Assembly (NCBI GenBank): GCA_045544795.1
Contig: JAZPZR010000123.1
Coordinates: 1-48,943 of the forward strand
Direction: 5' to 3'
DNA: 48,943 nucleotides
Source: Eubacteriales bacterium
GTDB taxonomy: Bacteria > Bacillota > Clostridia > Oscillospirales > QAKW01
Shown: positions 34,893 to 44,170 of the stretch, piece by piece
Numbering within the stretch: position 1 is the first letter of the stretch
How the letters are laid out: each line of letters begins with the position of its first letter
Program-made: the position numbers and the translations under genes
The notes under the pieces: model-generated
The model's database searches: none
What the model saw: only the letters and a program-made list of their open reading frames with translations
What the model was told of the DNA's origin: nothing

Positions 34893-35165
34893 TTAATCTT
34901 TGTAACCCACATCTCTTTTAAAGCTCTCAAAAGACCTGTTCAGAGTATTCATATCTGTACGCCATTGTATGCCAATCAGGTCGATAAGCAAATAATATTC
35001 GTTAAAAAACGGAATCAATTCACATTCGACAACGTGGGAATTTGCCTTTTCGATCAGCTCATCGATCCTGTCGTCAAAGCGTTTTGCCGTTTCGGTCAAG
35101 TCCTCTCTGGTCTGTTTGTCACTGAATGAAGCAATACATGCTGCAATCGTTTCTCTCGTTACCAT
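34893..35165 (-). CDS. hypothetical protein (90 aa)
   Basis: Its start overlaps the WYL gene stop by 7 nt (translational coupling). No family recognised. Confidence 0.6.
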   Translation of the reverse strand: MVTRETIAACIASFSDKQTREDLTETAKRFDDRIDELIEKANSHVVECELIPFFNEYYLLIDLIGIQWRTDMNTLNRSFESFKRDVGYKD

Positions 35166-36148
35166 GCTTTCTCTCCTTTTAAGTCATAATTATCGTTCAT
35201 TTTTTTGATTTCATCGCGTATTTCAGCAACAAAATCATCAGGAGATATTGCTTTGACCCATGACCCTTGACTTAAGAGCCACATTTTTATTCCGTCACCG
35301 TAAACTTCGGCTTCAATGAGATATTTGCCATCCTCTAAACGCTCTATAATCTTTGCCGTAGGTAATTTATCAAGGACTGCCTGAACGGACGGCCCGCCAA
35401 ATTCAAAACGGATTGTGCGTAATTTTCCCGGCCACATAAAAAGACTTCTTTTACGGAGTACCCCCTCATCAAAATCAGGCAATGTAACGGCGGGGGTCTT
35501 TTTGCGGTGAACCGTTATTTCTTTTATACGGTCTATACGGAAATAGCGGGGCTCGTCTGTCGCCCCGTCAATGCAGAATGCGATCAGATAAAAATAGTAA
35601 TCGCTGAACATCACCGATACGGGATATATTCTGCGTGTTATCCATTTTCTGTCCATACGGTAGTATTCGACGGTTATTTCCTTTTTCTCGGTAATACAAT
35701 TGATGATCTGCCACAGCCTGTCCTGTACGCTTTCACAGTCGTGTTTGACTTCAGGATAGTGATAAAGTTCTTTTCGGATAAGCTCCGTCAGTTTTTGTTT
35801 ATCATCTCCTGCGGTAAAGCGTTTGAATTTATCAATAAGCACCAAAAGCTCCTCGCGTGAAAACGCGCGGGCGCCTATTAATACCTCTGCGACGGAAAAC
35901 AATTCCTTACTGCTGAGAAACTCGTCCATATAAAGACGGTAGCATCTGTCGGCATTGGAATATAACAGCTCGGTATTTCCGACAAGTTCTTTATGATCGG
36001 CAAGAAAAGCCTTGAGTTCATTGATGCTTCGGGTAATGCTTTTGGTTGATACGCCATATTCGTTTGCAAGCGCCTGAACGGATAGGTCCTCGCCGCGCAT
36101 TCCGCGAAAGAATATTTCAAGAACTCTTTGTTGTTTTGTGTTTTTCAT
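35159..36148 (-). CDS. HTH-WYL-domain transcriptional regulator (YafY/BrxR/CapW-like)
   Basis: 329 aa; N-terminal wHTH (LSVQALANEYGVSTKSITRSINEL) and a central WYL-type segment (ITVEYYRMDRKWITRRIYPVSVMFSDYYFYLIAF). SD aggtggtg. Confidence 0.8.
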   Translation of the reverse strand: MKNTKQQRVLEIFFRGMRGEDLSVQALANEYGVSTKSITRSINELKAFLADHKELVGNTELLYSNADRCYRLYMDEFLSSKELFSVAEVLIGARAFSREELLVLIDKFKRFTAGDDKQKLTELIRKELYHYPEVKHDCESVQDRLWQIINCITEKKEITVEYYRMDRKWITRRIYPVSVMFSDYYFYLIAFCIDGATDEPRYFRIDRIKEITVHRKKTPAVTLPDFDEGVLRKRSLFMWPGKLRTIRFEFGGPSVQAVLDKLPTAKIIERLEDGKYLIEAEVYGDGIKMWLLSQGSWVKAISPDDFVAEIRDEIKKMNDNYDLKGEKAW

Positions 36149-36207
36149 ATATACACCACCTATCGACTTTATTATAGAATCTCACAAAGACAGATGGGTG
36201 TCCTGCT

Positions 36208-36242
36208 AAAATAAAAAAGTGCGCCTACCGAAGCAGACGCAC
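36208..36242 (-). terminator. intrinsic terminator upstream of the WYL gene (attenuator or sRNA terminator)
   Basis: Minus strand: gtgcgtctgc-ttcg-gtaggcgcac (10-bp stem with 2 G-U pairs and a UUCG tetraloop) followed by ttttttatttt. Confidence 0.75.
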
Positions 36243-36343
36243 AAAAAATGCAAGCTCCGATAGTCGCCAAACCAATTACGCAAAACTGTATGTACCATAC
36301 CCGTCGTAACGGAATTTGCATTTTTAATTGATCTGACTTTATC

Positions 36344-36372
36344 ATTATAGCGCACTCGGCATTATTTTACAA
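36344..36372 (-). promoter_or_regulatory. candidate sigmaA promoter
   Basis: Minus strand: TTGTAA, 17 nt, TATAAT. Confidence 0.55.
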
Positions 36373-36405
36373 GAGCTTTCACAGGCATCGATAAAACACA
36401 CAGCA

Positions 36406-36434
36406 TTAACTGCCGTGTGCTTCAAGGTTATAAT
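36406..36434 (+). promoter_or_regulatory. candidate promoter, twin of 29059..29087
   Basis: TTAACT, 17 nt, TATAAT, with the identical spacer core ccgtgtgcttcaag. About 100 nt upstream of the EEP lipoprotein gene. Confidence 0.5.
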
Positions 36435-36535
36435 ACTGCCGCGTTTTACGTGGTACAGATACGACTTGTAAAAATGTATAAGCTGTGATATAATTAAACA
36501 GTTAACTACATTTCTTGGATTCTGGAGAAAAAAGT

Positions 36536-37837
36536 ATGAAAAACAGAGTGTTATTATTTATTATTATTGCGGTGCTTACGTTCGGCTGCTGTTCCTGTAA
36601 AAAGGACCAACTGCATGATGAGGCGGTAGGGGGCGTTATTGACAGAGAAGAATCGGCATCGGAAGAAAAGCCTGAAGAAAAGCCTGAAGAAAAACCTGAA
36701 GAAAAACCCGAAGACAAGCCTGAAGAGGAGCCTGAAGAGGAGCCTGAAGAGGAGCCCGAAGAGGACGGAGAATGTGCGCATGCCTTCGGTGAGTGGGGTG
36801 TTGAGAGAAAAGCTACCTGCGTGTGGGAGGGTATTTCCAAAAGAGAGTGCAGTAAATGCGGGCATACAGAAAAGAAAAACCTTCCCAAAGCGGAGCATAC
36901 CGAGGTCGTTATTCCTGCCGTGCCCTCTACCTGCGCAGTCTTTGGCAAAACAGAGGGAAAGCAATGCTCTTACTGTCACAGCGTGACGGTACCGCAGGAG
37001 GACACTCCCAAAAAAGAGCACGTTTTTCATGACGGATACTCCTGCGAGTGCGGAGATTTTATAGAGTCGGCAAAGTTTCTGGTGCTGTCGCAGAACGTGC
37101 GCTGTGCAGATGACGGCGAAAACAAGATGATAAGCGACCGCGCGCCGCGTTTTAAACAGCTTGTTGAGAAGTATAAGCCCGACCTTATCGGTACGCAGGA
37201 GACAACGCCGAGATGGAATAAATTTTTCGAGGATAATCTCAAGGAATACGGAAGAATCGGCTGTTCCCGCGAGGGCGAAAATGCAACGTCGGGCGAGTGG
37301 GGGACGATTCTTTACCGACTTGACCGATTTGAGCTTATTGACAGTGATACCTTCTGGCTTTCCTCAACGCCCGAAAAGGTGTCGAGGGTGAGCGGATCCA
37401 AGTGCAACCGCATATGTACGTGGGCGCTTTTAAAGGATAAAAACACGCAGGAGACGTTTATTATGGCAAACACCCATCTTGACCACGGTACAGATGAGGT
37501 GAGAGAGCAGCAGATTAATATTCTTCTTGACGAGCTTTCGGATATGATAAAAAGTTACCCGCTTATACTTACGGGCGACTTTAACGCAACTCCCGGCTCT
37601 GCGGTGTATAATGCCGCGACCGAAAAGCTTGCCGATGCACGCACCGATGCCCTTGAAAACAGATCGACAATCGAGCATACCTTTGATTCGTACGGTCAGA
37701 AAAGCACGGGCAAGATAATAGACTATTGCTTTTACACAAACAAGGCGACTGCCACCTGGTATAAGGTTGCAAACGATCAGTTTGACGGCTACGTTTCCGA
37801 CCATTACGGAGTACTGTCGCAGTTTGGCATAAAATAA
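36536..37837 (+). CDS. lipoprotein with an endonuclease/exonuclease/phosphatase (EEP) domain
   Basis: Start at the ATG 36536 (SD ggag). MKNRVLLFIIIAVLTFGC lipobox, EEKP/EEEP repeat linker, Cys-rich segment, and a C-terminal EEP fold (..LIGTQET.., ..NTHLDH.., ..TGDFN.., ..SDHYGV). Confidence 0.85.
   Translation: MKNRVLLFIIIAVLTFGCCSCKKDQLHDEAVGGVIDREESASEEKPEEKPEEKPEEKPEDKPEEEPEEEPEEEPEEDGECAHAFGEWGVERKATCVWEGISKRECSKCGHTEKKNLPKAEHTEVVIPAVPSTCAVFGKTEGKQCSYCHSVTVPQEDTPKKEHVFHDGYSCECGDFIESAKFLVLSQNVRCADDGENKMISDRAPRFKQLVEKYKPDLIGTQETTPRWNKFFEDNLKEYGRIGCSREGENATSGEWGTILYRLDRFELIDSDTFWLSSTPEKVSRVSGSKCNRICTWALLKDKNTQETFIMANTHLDHGTDEVREQQINILLDELSDMIKSYPLILTGDFNATPGSAVYNAATEKLADARTDALENRSTIEHTFDSYGQKSTGKIIDYCFYTNKATATWYKVANDQFDGYVSDHYGVLSQFGIK
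36661..36756 (+). repeat. in-frame 12-bp tandem repeat, 8 units (EEKP/EDKP/EEEP)
   Basis: gaagaaaagcct units head-to-tail with point variants. Confidence 0.9.
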
Positions 37838-37843
37838 TATAAG

Positions 37844-37869
37844 AAAAGGACACGAAACCGTGTCCTTTT
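37844..37869. terminator. bidirectional terminator between convergent genes; inverted twin at 48648..48671
   Basis: aaaaggacacg-aaa-ccgtgtcctttt. Confidence 0.8.
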
Positions 37870-37875
37870 ATATTT

Positions 37876-40092
37876 TTACATTCCCTCTAAAAATCTGCTG
37901 ACAACAAGTGAACGGAACTTGGGTGAGAGGCTTGCAAAATAAGCGGTAAAGCCTGTGACTCTGACCACAAGATCGGGATAAAGGTCGGGGTTTTCGTGCG
38001 CCTTCATCAGTTTTTCTCCGTCAAGCACGTTGATGTTGATGAGCGTGCCGCCCTGCTCGAAATGAGCAAGGATCAGGTTCATAACCGCTTCCGTTCCGCC
38101 CTCGTCCGACGTGATTTTGGGATCAAACTCCAACTGCAGCGGTGCGGTATTTCCGTAGCCGCACTGAACGGCGGCAATACCGCTTGACTGTGCTGTTACC
38201 GCGCCGTCGTGGCGGAAATGAGGGTTGGGGTTAGCACCGTGGGAAAGGGGCTCGCCCTTTCTTCTGCCGTTAGGCATAGCGCCTACCTTACCGCCGTACT
38301 CTATACTTCTTGCCCAGCTGAACCAACCGGGGACGAGCTGACGTCCCTTCGGCATCTCTTGGGCGCGCACCGCCTTTACCCATGATTCTGTCAGACGCTT
38401 TGCCCATCTGTCAGAGACGGTGTTGCCGCCGCAGTATTTGGGGGCGGATTGCATCATGGCATATATGCGAAGGTCTTCAAAATCGTTGTCAAGCGCGGTA
38501 AAGAGGGTATCCCAATCAAGCACGCCTTCTTTTTCAATACGCGTCTCCATCGCGCCGAAGGAGTCGGCAACAACTGCAAGTCCCGCTCCGTCAACGCCGA
38601 CGGTGAACAGCTCTGCCGCCTTTGAAGCGTCAAGACCCTTTTCAATGGTGTTATGCATCATCAGATTCATTACAAGCTCGGGTGTGACCTCACCGATATG
38701 GTCAAGATGGAGATTGACACCCTCCGCCATCACGCCGATTGCGATCTTCAGATGCTTTTCGTACAGCTCAAAGAGCGTCTCGCAGGATTTATTCTCTTCC
38801 TTGCGGAAATCCTCCAAAGCCACGTCAAGCACGCGTGCAATATTTATCTTTACGGTATCGTTCATGGGGAATTCCTTGCCCGGAACACACATCCAGTTAC
38901 AGCCTACGGCAATTCGCTCACGGGCGGTTGCCTTGTCGACACCGTTTTTCATATATCCTTCGCAGAGCGCTTTATCGTTACAAAAGCGGGGCCAGCCGTT
39001 TTTGTTTTTAAAGAGGTAGTATACCGCCTTCTTTAAAAACTCTCTGTCGCAGTTTTCATGCACACGCACCGTAAGGTTGCAGGAGATATTGATGCTGTCT
39101 GCCGCCTCTAAAATCAGATAGGAAAGGTGATTGGTAACGTCGTTGTCCTGCGCGTCCACACCCGATATCTGATAGTAATGCGGGTCGATAAGCAACAGAT
39201 TTGCAATGAGAAACTTTGCGGTTTCATCATCCAGAATACCGCTTTTTATATCATTTTCGTAATATGGGAGCAGGAGAGTATCCAACTGAAAGCCTGCGCC
39301 GTCGCGGGTATACATACGCGCGGCACAGTTGAAAAACGCCGTCCATTGACAGACCTCGCGGAAGGTCTTGGGTGCGCCGAATTCCACCGCCTCACACGTT
39401 TGTTTCATGGTTAAGAGGTTTTGGCATACGTCGGGATCGGTTTCCGTTTCTAAAAGCTTTGCGATATGGTCGATATGTCGGCGCACAAAGCGGGTGATAG
39501 CCTCAACCGTCCGTTTTTCCGCCTCATAAAAAGCGTCGCGCTCGGGGTTGAGCTTGCGGTATTTTTCTATTTTTTCCAAAAGCCCGCCGAAGCCCAATTC
39601 AAAGCCGATGCGGTAGTCGCAGGCAAAGTGCGCGTCTGCGTCAATACCTGTTGTAATATTGTATTTCTCCTGCAAAGGCTTCAGATGATCGTAAGGAAAG
39701 CGCTGTTCGTCCCAACGGCGACTCCATTGGTTAGTGACACCGTTTTTGATAAACTCGATATTTTTAAGATTGTCCTTCAGCCATTGAGGCATATAATGCA
39801 GGTCACCGCGGTAGTTTACAAGCATATCCCGCCAACGTCCGCAAAGCATCTCGTTGGGGTCTACGTAGGGCGCGTGGGCATCGATCAGCCGAACAAAGTT
39901 CTCGCACATTCCGTCAAGATCGTAAAAGCTTCCGTTTTCACTGTTGTACCACGGCTCCATGCGATAGCCCTCCGAGATGGGTACGGTGCCGAAATCGTCA
40001 AGATCGGTATAGCCGTTTTGTTCCCGCTTTGCAAGTGTATGCGCGATTTTGGTGTCACGCATGGCTTTTAATCGTTTAGCGTAGGAATACAT
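37876..40092 (-). CDS. glycyl radical enzyme (PFL-like superfamily), substrate unknown
   Basis: 738 aa. C-terminal glycyl-radical motif VVRVTGFTAYF (Gly714). Cys loop AVGC(398)NWM lies 316 residues upstream, as in PFL. AMPNGRRKGEPLSHGANP motif present. Confidence 0.9.
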   Translation of the reverse strand: MYSYAKRLKAMRDTKIAHTLAKREQNGYTDLDDFGTVPISEGYRMEPWYNSENGSFYDLDGMCENFVRLIDAHAPYVDPNEMLCGRWRDMLVNYRGDLHYMPQWLKDNLKNIEFIKNGVTNQWSRRWDEQRFPYDHLKPLQEKYNITTGIDADAHFACDYRIGFELGFGGLLEKIEKYRKLNPERDAFYEAEKRTVEAITRFVRRHIDHIAKLLETETDPDVCQNLLTMKQTCEAVEFGAPKTFREVCQWTAFFNCAARMYTRDGAGFQLDTLLLPYYENDIKSGILDDETAKFLIANLLLIDPHYYQISGVDAQDNDVTNHLSYLILEAADSINISCNLTVRVHENCDREFLKKAVYYLFKNKNGWPRFCNDKALCEGYMKNGVDKATARERIAVGCNWMCVPGKEFPMNDTVKINIARVLDVALEDFRKEENKSCETLFELYEKHLKIAIGVMAEGVNLHLDHIGEVTPELVMNLMMHNTIEKGLDASKAAELFTVGVDGAGLAVVADSFGAMETRIEKEGVLDWDTLFTALDNDFEDLRIYAMMQSAPKYCGGNTVSDRWAKRLTESWVKAVRAQEMPKGRQLVPGWFSWARSIEYGGKVGAMPNGRRKGEPLSHGANPNPHFRHDGAVTAQSSGIAAVQCGYGNTAPLQLEFDPKITSDEGGTEAVMNLILAHFEQGGTLININVLDGEKLMKAHENPDLYPDLVVRVTGFTAYFASLSPKFRSLVVSRFLEGM

Positions 40093-40843
40093 ATTGATCT
40101 AACTCCTTCATTAGTTGTTTGGCAGGGATCTCAAAGCGCGCAGGCTCTGATCCCAGCGCCGTCCTTTTCTCCTCTCCGAGAGGATGATAGGGTAAAAGCT
40201 CGTACCGGCGCACGTTTTCAAGAGCTTTTAAAAAGGCCGATATTTCGGGTATGTTCTGCTCAATTTCGGGAATGACGGGTGTGCGGGCGATTATGGGAAG
40301 ACCGAGAGCGTTGATCTTTTTAAAGTTTTCTTTTATCTGTTCGTTGGGAATGCCCGTATACTGTCTGTGAATATCGCTGTCCCAGATCTTAAGGTCCGCC
40401 ATTATAAGATCCAACCGACGAAATACCTCCTTATCATAAATGCAAAGAGAGGTTTCAACGGCGGTGTGAATACCGTTTTCACGGCAGGCATCAAGTATTT
40501 CTATCAGAAAATCCCGCTGCATAAGAGGCTCGCCGCCTGAAAAGGTGACGCCGCCCTCCAAACCGTAATAGGCTTTATCCTGCAGTATCTCGTCCATTAT
40601 TTCGCCGACTGTCATCTCTTTACCGCAGACGACCCTTGCTCCCGTATAGCAGCCCTCGTCGCATCTGCCGCAACCGATACACTTTTGGGGATAATGCATA
40701 AGCTGTGGCTCGGGTGAGATACATTCGGGGTTATGGCACCACTCGCAGTGCAGGGGACAGCCCTTGAAAAATACGGTCGTCCGAAGTCCCGGACCGTCCT
40801 CTGTGGTACAGCGCTGGATATCGGCTACAACTGCCCTTCTCAT
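40076..40843 (-). CDS. glycyl-radical enzyme activating enzyme (radical SAM)
   Basis: 255 aa; CPLHCEWCHNPE (CX3CX2C) plus a ferredoxin-like CIGCGRCDEGC cluster. Overlaps the GRE start by 17 nt. Confidence 0.9.
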   Translation of the reverse strand: MRRAVVADIQRCTTEDGPGLRTTVFFKGCPLHCEWCHNPECISPEPQLMHYPQKCIGCGRCDEGCYTGARVVCGKEMTVGEIMDEILQDKAYYGLEGGVTFSGGEPLMQRDFLIEILDACRENGIHTAVETSLCIYDKEVFRRLDLIMADLKIWDSDIHRQYTGIPNEQIKENFKKINALGLPIIARTPVIPEIEQNIPEISAFLKALENVRRYELLPYHPLGEEKRTALGSEPARFEIPAKQLMKELDQYVFLR

Positions 40844-41931
40844 AACGCTTCGCTGTTGCCCGAGTAAGCGGAGCGTTCTACCGTTTCGAGCAGTTTCATT
40901 ACTTTGATGTTTTCTTCGGGTGTTACCATGCTTTGAACAGGCGCGCCCGTTGTTTCGTGGTGCATGATATGTGCAGCAATATTCGCGTATTCGTCACCGA
41001 GCGCAAATTCGGGGATCTCCACCTCGTTGCCGTAGATATCGTATGCTTTGACGTCGGGCGCATTTTCCGCCCCGCCCGTACAGATCGCCGCGCCTTCGGT
41101 ACATACGAGAGACGGGCCTGACGGTATCACGGCGCGCGGAGTGGTCCACGTGCCTTCAATAACGCTCATTTTATCGTTAAAGCGCACTATTGCGGCAAAA
41201 TTATCGTGGGTGTCGCCAAAGGGAGTGTTGAGGCAGTCACCGATGGCAGAGATGCTTTTTGCACCCTCTCCCAAAAACCACTCGGTAAACAGACAGCCGT
41301 AGCAGGCGATGTCAAGATAAACACCGCCGCCGCACCTTTTCTGATGCCACCAGGTAGAAGCGCGTTGCTCGTCGGTCATCTCTTCTGCGTTGGCGCTGAC
41401 ACCTCTGTGACGCGCGCCCTTGCCAAGAGGCCCCGTGTGGCCGTTAAGATAATGCATTTTAATGGGAGTGCCCACAATACCGCTGTCAAGCACCGACTTT
41501 AAGCGGTGAAGGTAGGGACGCCATAAAACAGGCCAGTTGATAAAAAGCTTAACGCCGTACTCACTCGCGGTGTCGGCAATCTCCCGAGCCTCTTTTGCAT
41601 TGAGCGCCATCGGCTTTTCAATGCAGAGGTTTATGCCCTTTTTGGCGCAGTAGGCGGCGATCTCCAGCTTCTGACGGTTTTCAGAAAGAATAAAGGCATA
41701 GTCGGGTGTCAGTTCTTCAAGCATCTCCCGATAATCCTCGTAAGCGTTGGCGCAATAATTTTCTTTTACGTTACTGAAATTCCACTCCTCCGTGTAACGT
41801 AACGGCTCGACCTTTGCAGTATCGGAGGGGGCTTTGGCAATACCGATAAGCTCAAAGCCGTCAGTCTGTGTGATATACTGCGCGATCTCGTTTACGTGCA
41901 TATGTGAAAATCCGATAATAACCGCTTTCAT
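40840..41931 (-). CDS. Gfo/Idh/MocA-family oxidoreductase (degenerate dinucleotide motif)
   Basis: Start moved to the ATG at 41931 (SD ggaggg), giving 363 aa. N-terminus MKAVIIGFSHMHVNE. Confidence 0.8.
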   Translation of the reverse strand: MKAVIIGFSHMHVNEIAQYITQTDGFELIGIAKAPSDTAKVEPLRYTEEWNFSNVKENYCANAYEDYREMLEELTPDYAFILSENRQKLEIAAYCAKKGINLCIEKPMALNAKEAREIADTASEYGVKLFINWPVLWRPYLHRLKSVLDSGIVGTPIKMHYLNGHTGPLGKGARHRGVSANAEEMTDEQRASTWWHQKRCGGGVYLDIACYGCLFTEWFLGEGAKSISAIGDCLNTPFGDTHDNFAAIVRFNDKMSVIEGTWTTPRAVIPSGPSLVCTEGAAICTGGAENAPDVKAYDIYGNEVEIPEFALGDEYANIAAHIMHHETTGAPVQSMVTPEENIKVMKLLETVERSAYSGNSEAL

Positions 41932-41933
41932 CT

Positions 41934-43055
41934 TTAACCCTCCAGCTCGGTAACGGCGATCTCGCGTCCTTCCTCGGCAGAACGGTAGAAGCACTCGATT
42001 ATCTTGGTGACCTCAAGGTTTTCATCCTCTTTGATAAGATACTCCTCTTTTCCTGCAAGGGTGTTGAAGATGTTGCGGTACATATAGCGGTGCTGTTCAA
42101 AGGGAACGCCCTTGTATTCACCGTTGTCAAACCATTTAAGGTCGCATTCGCTCTGGAAACGGCCGATGTTCTTATAGAGCTTTTCGCCGTTGACCGAAAG
42201 GCCGCCCTTGTCACCGCAGATTACCATATCAAGATTGGTGGTGGGCAGGTTGATAGCCCATGAAAACTTGAAGTTTACGCTCATGCCGTCTTCAAAACGG
42301 ATAAAGCCCGTTGAAAAGTCCTCTACGTTAAATTCTTTATAATCATAGGGACGGGGAGTGAAGGTACCGCTGTAAGCACCGCTTTCGGCAATGCTGAGGA
42401 GTACGTCCTCGCCCTGATTTGCGATTTTTGTGAAGGCAGAGCCGCTGACCGACTTTACCTTTTTACCGCCCACTACCCAAAGCAGAGAGTCGATAAGGTG
42501 AACACCGAGGTCACAGAAGGGACCGCCGAAATTATGCTCTTTCATATGGAACATTCCCCAGGTGGGAACACCGATACGGCGGATAAATTCGATATCGGAG
42601 AAGTAGACGTCACCAAGCTCGCCTGCTTGTACAAGCTCGCGTGAGCGTTGCATATAGTTTCTCCATCTCATGCACTGGCAGGGGAAAAGCATCTTGTTGC
42701 AATCCTTTGCGGTCTGCCACATCTCTTTGGCATCGGCAAGGGTGAGCGCCATCGGCTTTTCACATGCAACGTGCGCGCCGCTTTTAAGCGCTTTGATAGT
42801 CCATTCCTTATGGTACATATTGGGTGTGCAGACTGCAACGAAATCGGGGTGAAGCTCGTCAAGCATCTTCTGCGGATCGGTGTACCAGTTGGGCACACCG
42901 TGGCGCTCAGCAGTCTCGCGTGCGGCAGTTTCGCGGATGTCCGCAACACCGACTACCTCCAAAAGTCCTTCGTCACGAAGATTATTTAAAGCGGGAAAAT
43001 GCGCGCTGTTTGCGATCATTCCCGTACCGATTACAGCAACTCTTACTTTTTTCAT
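41934..43055 (-). CDS. Gfo/Idh/MocA-family oxidoreductase
   Basis: 373 aa; MKKVRVAVIGTGMIANSAH Rossmann N-terminus and an EKP motif (ACEKPMA). Confidence 0.85.
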   Translation of the reverse strand: MKKVRVAVIGTGMIANSAHFPALNNLRDEGLLEVVGVADIRETAARETAERHGVPNWYTDPQKMLDELHPDFVAVCTPNMYHKEWTIKALKSGAHVACEKPMALTLADAKEMWQTAKDCNKMLFPCQCMRWRNYMQRSRELVQAGELGDVYFSDIEFIRRIGVPTWGMFHMKEHNFGGPFCDLGVHLIDSLLWVVGGKKVKSVSGSAFTKIANQGEDVLLSIAESGAYSGTFTPRPYDYKEFNVEDFSTGFIRFEDGMSVNFKFSWAINLPTTNLDMVICGDKGGLSVNGEKLYKNIGRFQSECDLKWFDNGEYKGVPFEQHRYMYRNIFNTLAGKEEYLIKEDENLEVTKIIECFYRSAEEGREIAVTELEG

Positions 43056-43075
43056 ATTAATTACCGTTCCTTTCT

Positions 43076-44158
43076 CTATTCAAACGGGTCGTAGGCGTCC
43101 TCGACGTTTCCGCTTTCGCATGAACGGATGCCTGCGTCAAACGCCGCCATTACCCTCATATTAAATTCTGCGCTGACCATCTCGTAGAGAGGCGCGCCGT
43201 CAAGCAGGTGGGCGATCATATTCTGTGCCATTGTGTCCACCTTGTCCTCTGCCGTGTCAACGACCATATCGGCATCGGGTGTTGCCACGTAGCGTACGGC
43301 GGTGTTGTATACCTTCACCTTTGTGTCGTAGCGGTCTGAAACGATAACGCCGTCACTGCCGTAAATGATGGGGCCTGTCGGTATCTGCGCGTTACTGAAG
43401 GTCGACCACGAGCCCTCAACGTAGCCTATACTGTCGCCAAAGTCGATAGTGAAGGTGGAGTAGTCCTCAACCTTTGCAAAGGGCAGGTTAAAGTTCTTTT
43501 TAAAGCCGCTTACCCGCTTTGCGATACGACCCGTTATCCAGGTGGTCAGAAGACAGCCGTAGCCTGCGTAGTCTGATATCGAGCCGCCGCCGCGGTCGCT
43601 GTTATACCACCACAGCTTTGTCATCTCCTCCTCTGTGTACTTGCCCTTGGGGAAGGGACCGTTTGTAGCAGGGCATCTGTACTGTACGCGCTGAATTTTA
43701 CCTATAATGCCACTGTCAGCAAGCTCCTTTGCCTTGCGAAAGGCAGGAAACCACGCGACAGGCCAGTTTATCATAAGCGACGCCTTGCTGTTAAGGTGAG
43801 CGCGGTACATGCGCTTTGCATCCGCCATCGACAGCGCCATCGGCTTTTCAATAAGCACGTTTATATCCATCGCGAGGATCTCCTCGCAGATATCAGCGTG
43901 TGAACTGATGTCTGTGTTGACAACGGCAAGGTCAATATCTTTCTTTAAAAGCTCTTTGTAGTCGTCGTATATCTTACCCTCAAACCACTCCAATTTTTTG
44001 ATAGAGGTAAGACGTGCGTTATGCTCAAATTCGGTAAAGGGAGCGTAATCGGCAATGCCGACAAGCTCAACTCTGTCGGGAAATGCCGCAAGGTCCTTTG
44101 ACATGTTATGCACATGAACGTGTGCAAAGCCGATAAATGCAACTCTTAATTTTTTCAT
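43076..44158 (-). CDS. Gfo/Idh/MocA-family oxidoreductase (degenerate dinucleotide motif)
   Basis: 360 aa; MKKLRVAFIGFAHVHVHNM and IEKPMA. Confidence 0.8.
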   Translation of the reverse strand: MKKLRVAFIGFAHVHVHNMSKDLAAFPDRVELVGIADYAPFTEFEHNARLTSIKKLEWFEGKIYDDYKELLKKDIDLAVVNTDISSHADICEEILAMDINVLIEKPMALSMADAKRMYRAHLNSKASLMINWPVAWFPAFRKAKELADSGIIGKIQRVQYRCPATNGPFPKGKYTEEEMTKLWWYNSDRGGGSISDYAGYGCLLTTWITGRIAKRVSGFKKNFNLPFAKVEDYSTFTIDFGDSIGYVEGSWSTFSNAQIPTGPIIYGSDGVIVSDRYDTKVKVYNTAVRYVATPDADMVVDTAEDKVDTMAQNMIAHLLDGAPLYEMVSAEFNMRVMAAFDAGIRSCESGNVEDAYDPFE

Positions 44159-44170
44159 AACTGTTATCTC

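Noticed and set aside
36502-37030. ORFs 36502..36948 (-), 36554..37030 (-) and 36639..36986 (+), rich in S/G/F/R/K repeats.
   Set aside because: They are alternative-frame or antisense translations of the 12-bp EEKP tandem repeat inside the EEP lipoprotein gene.
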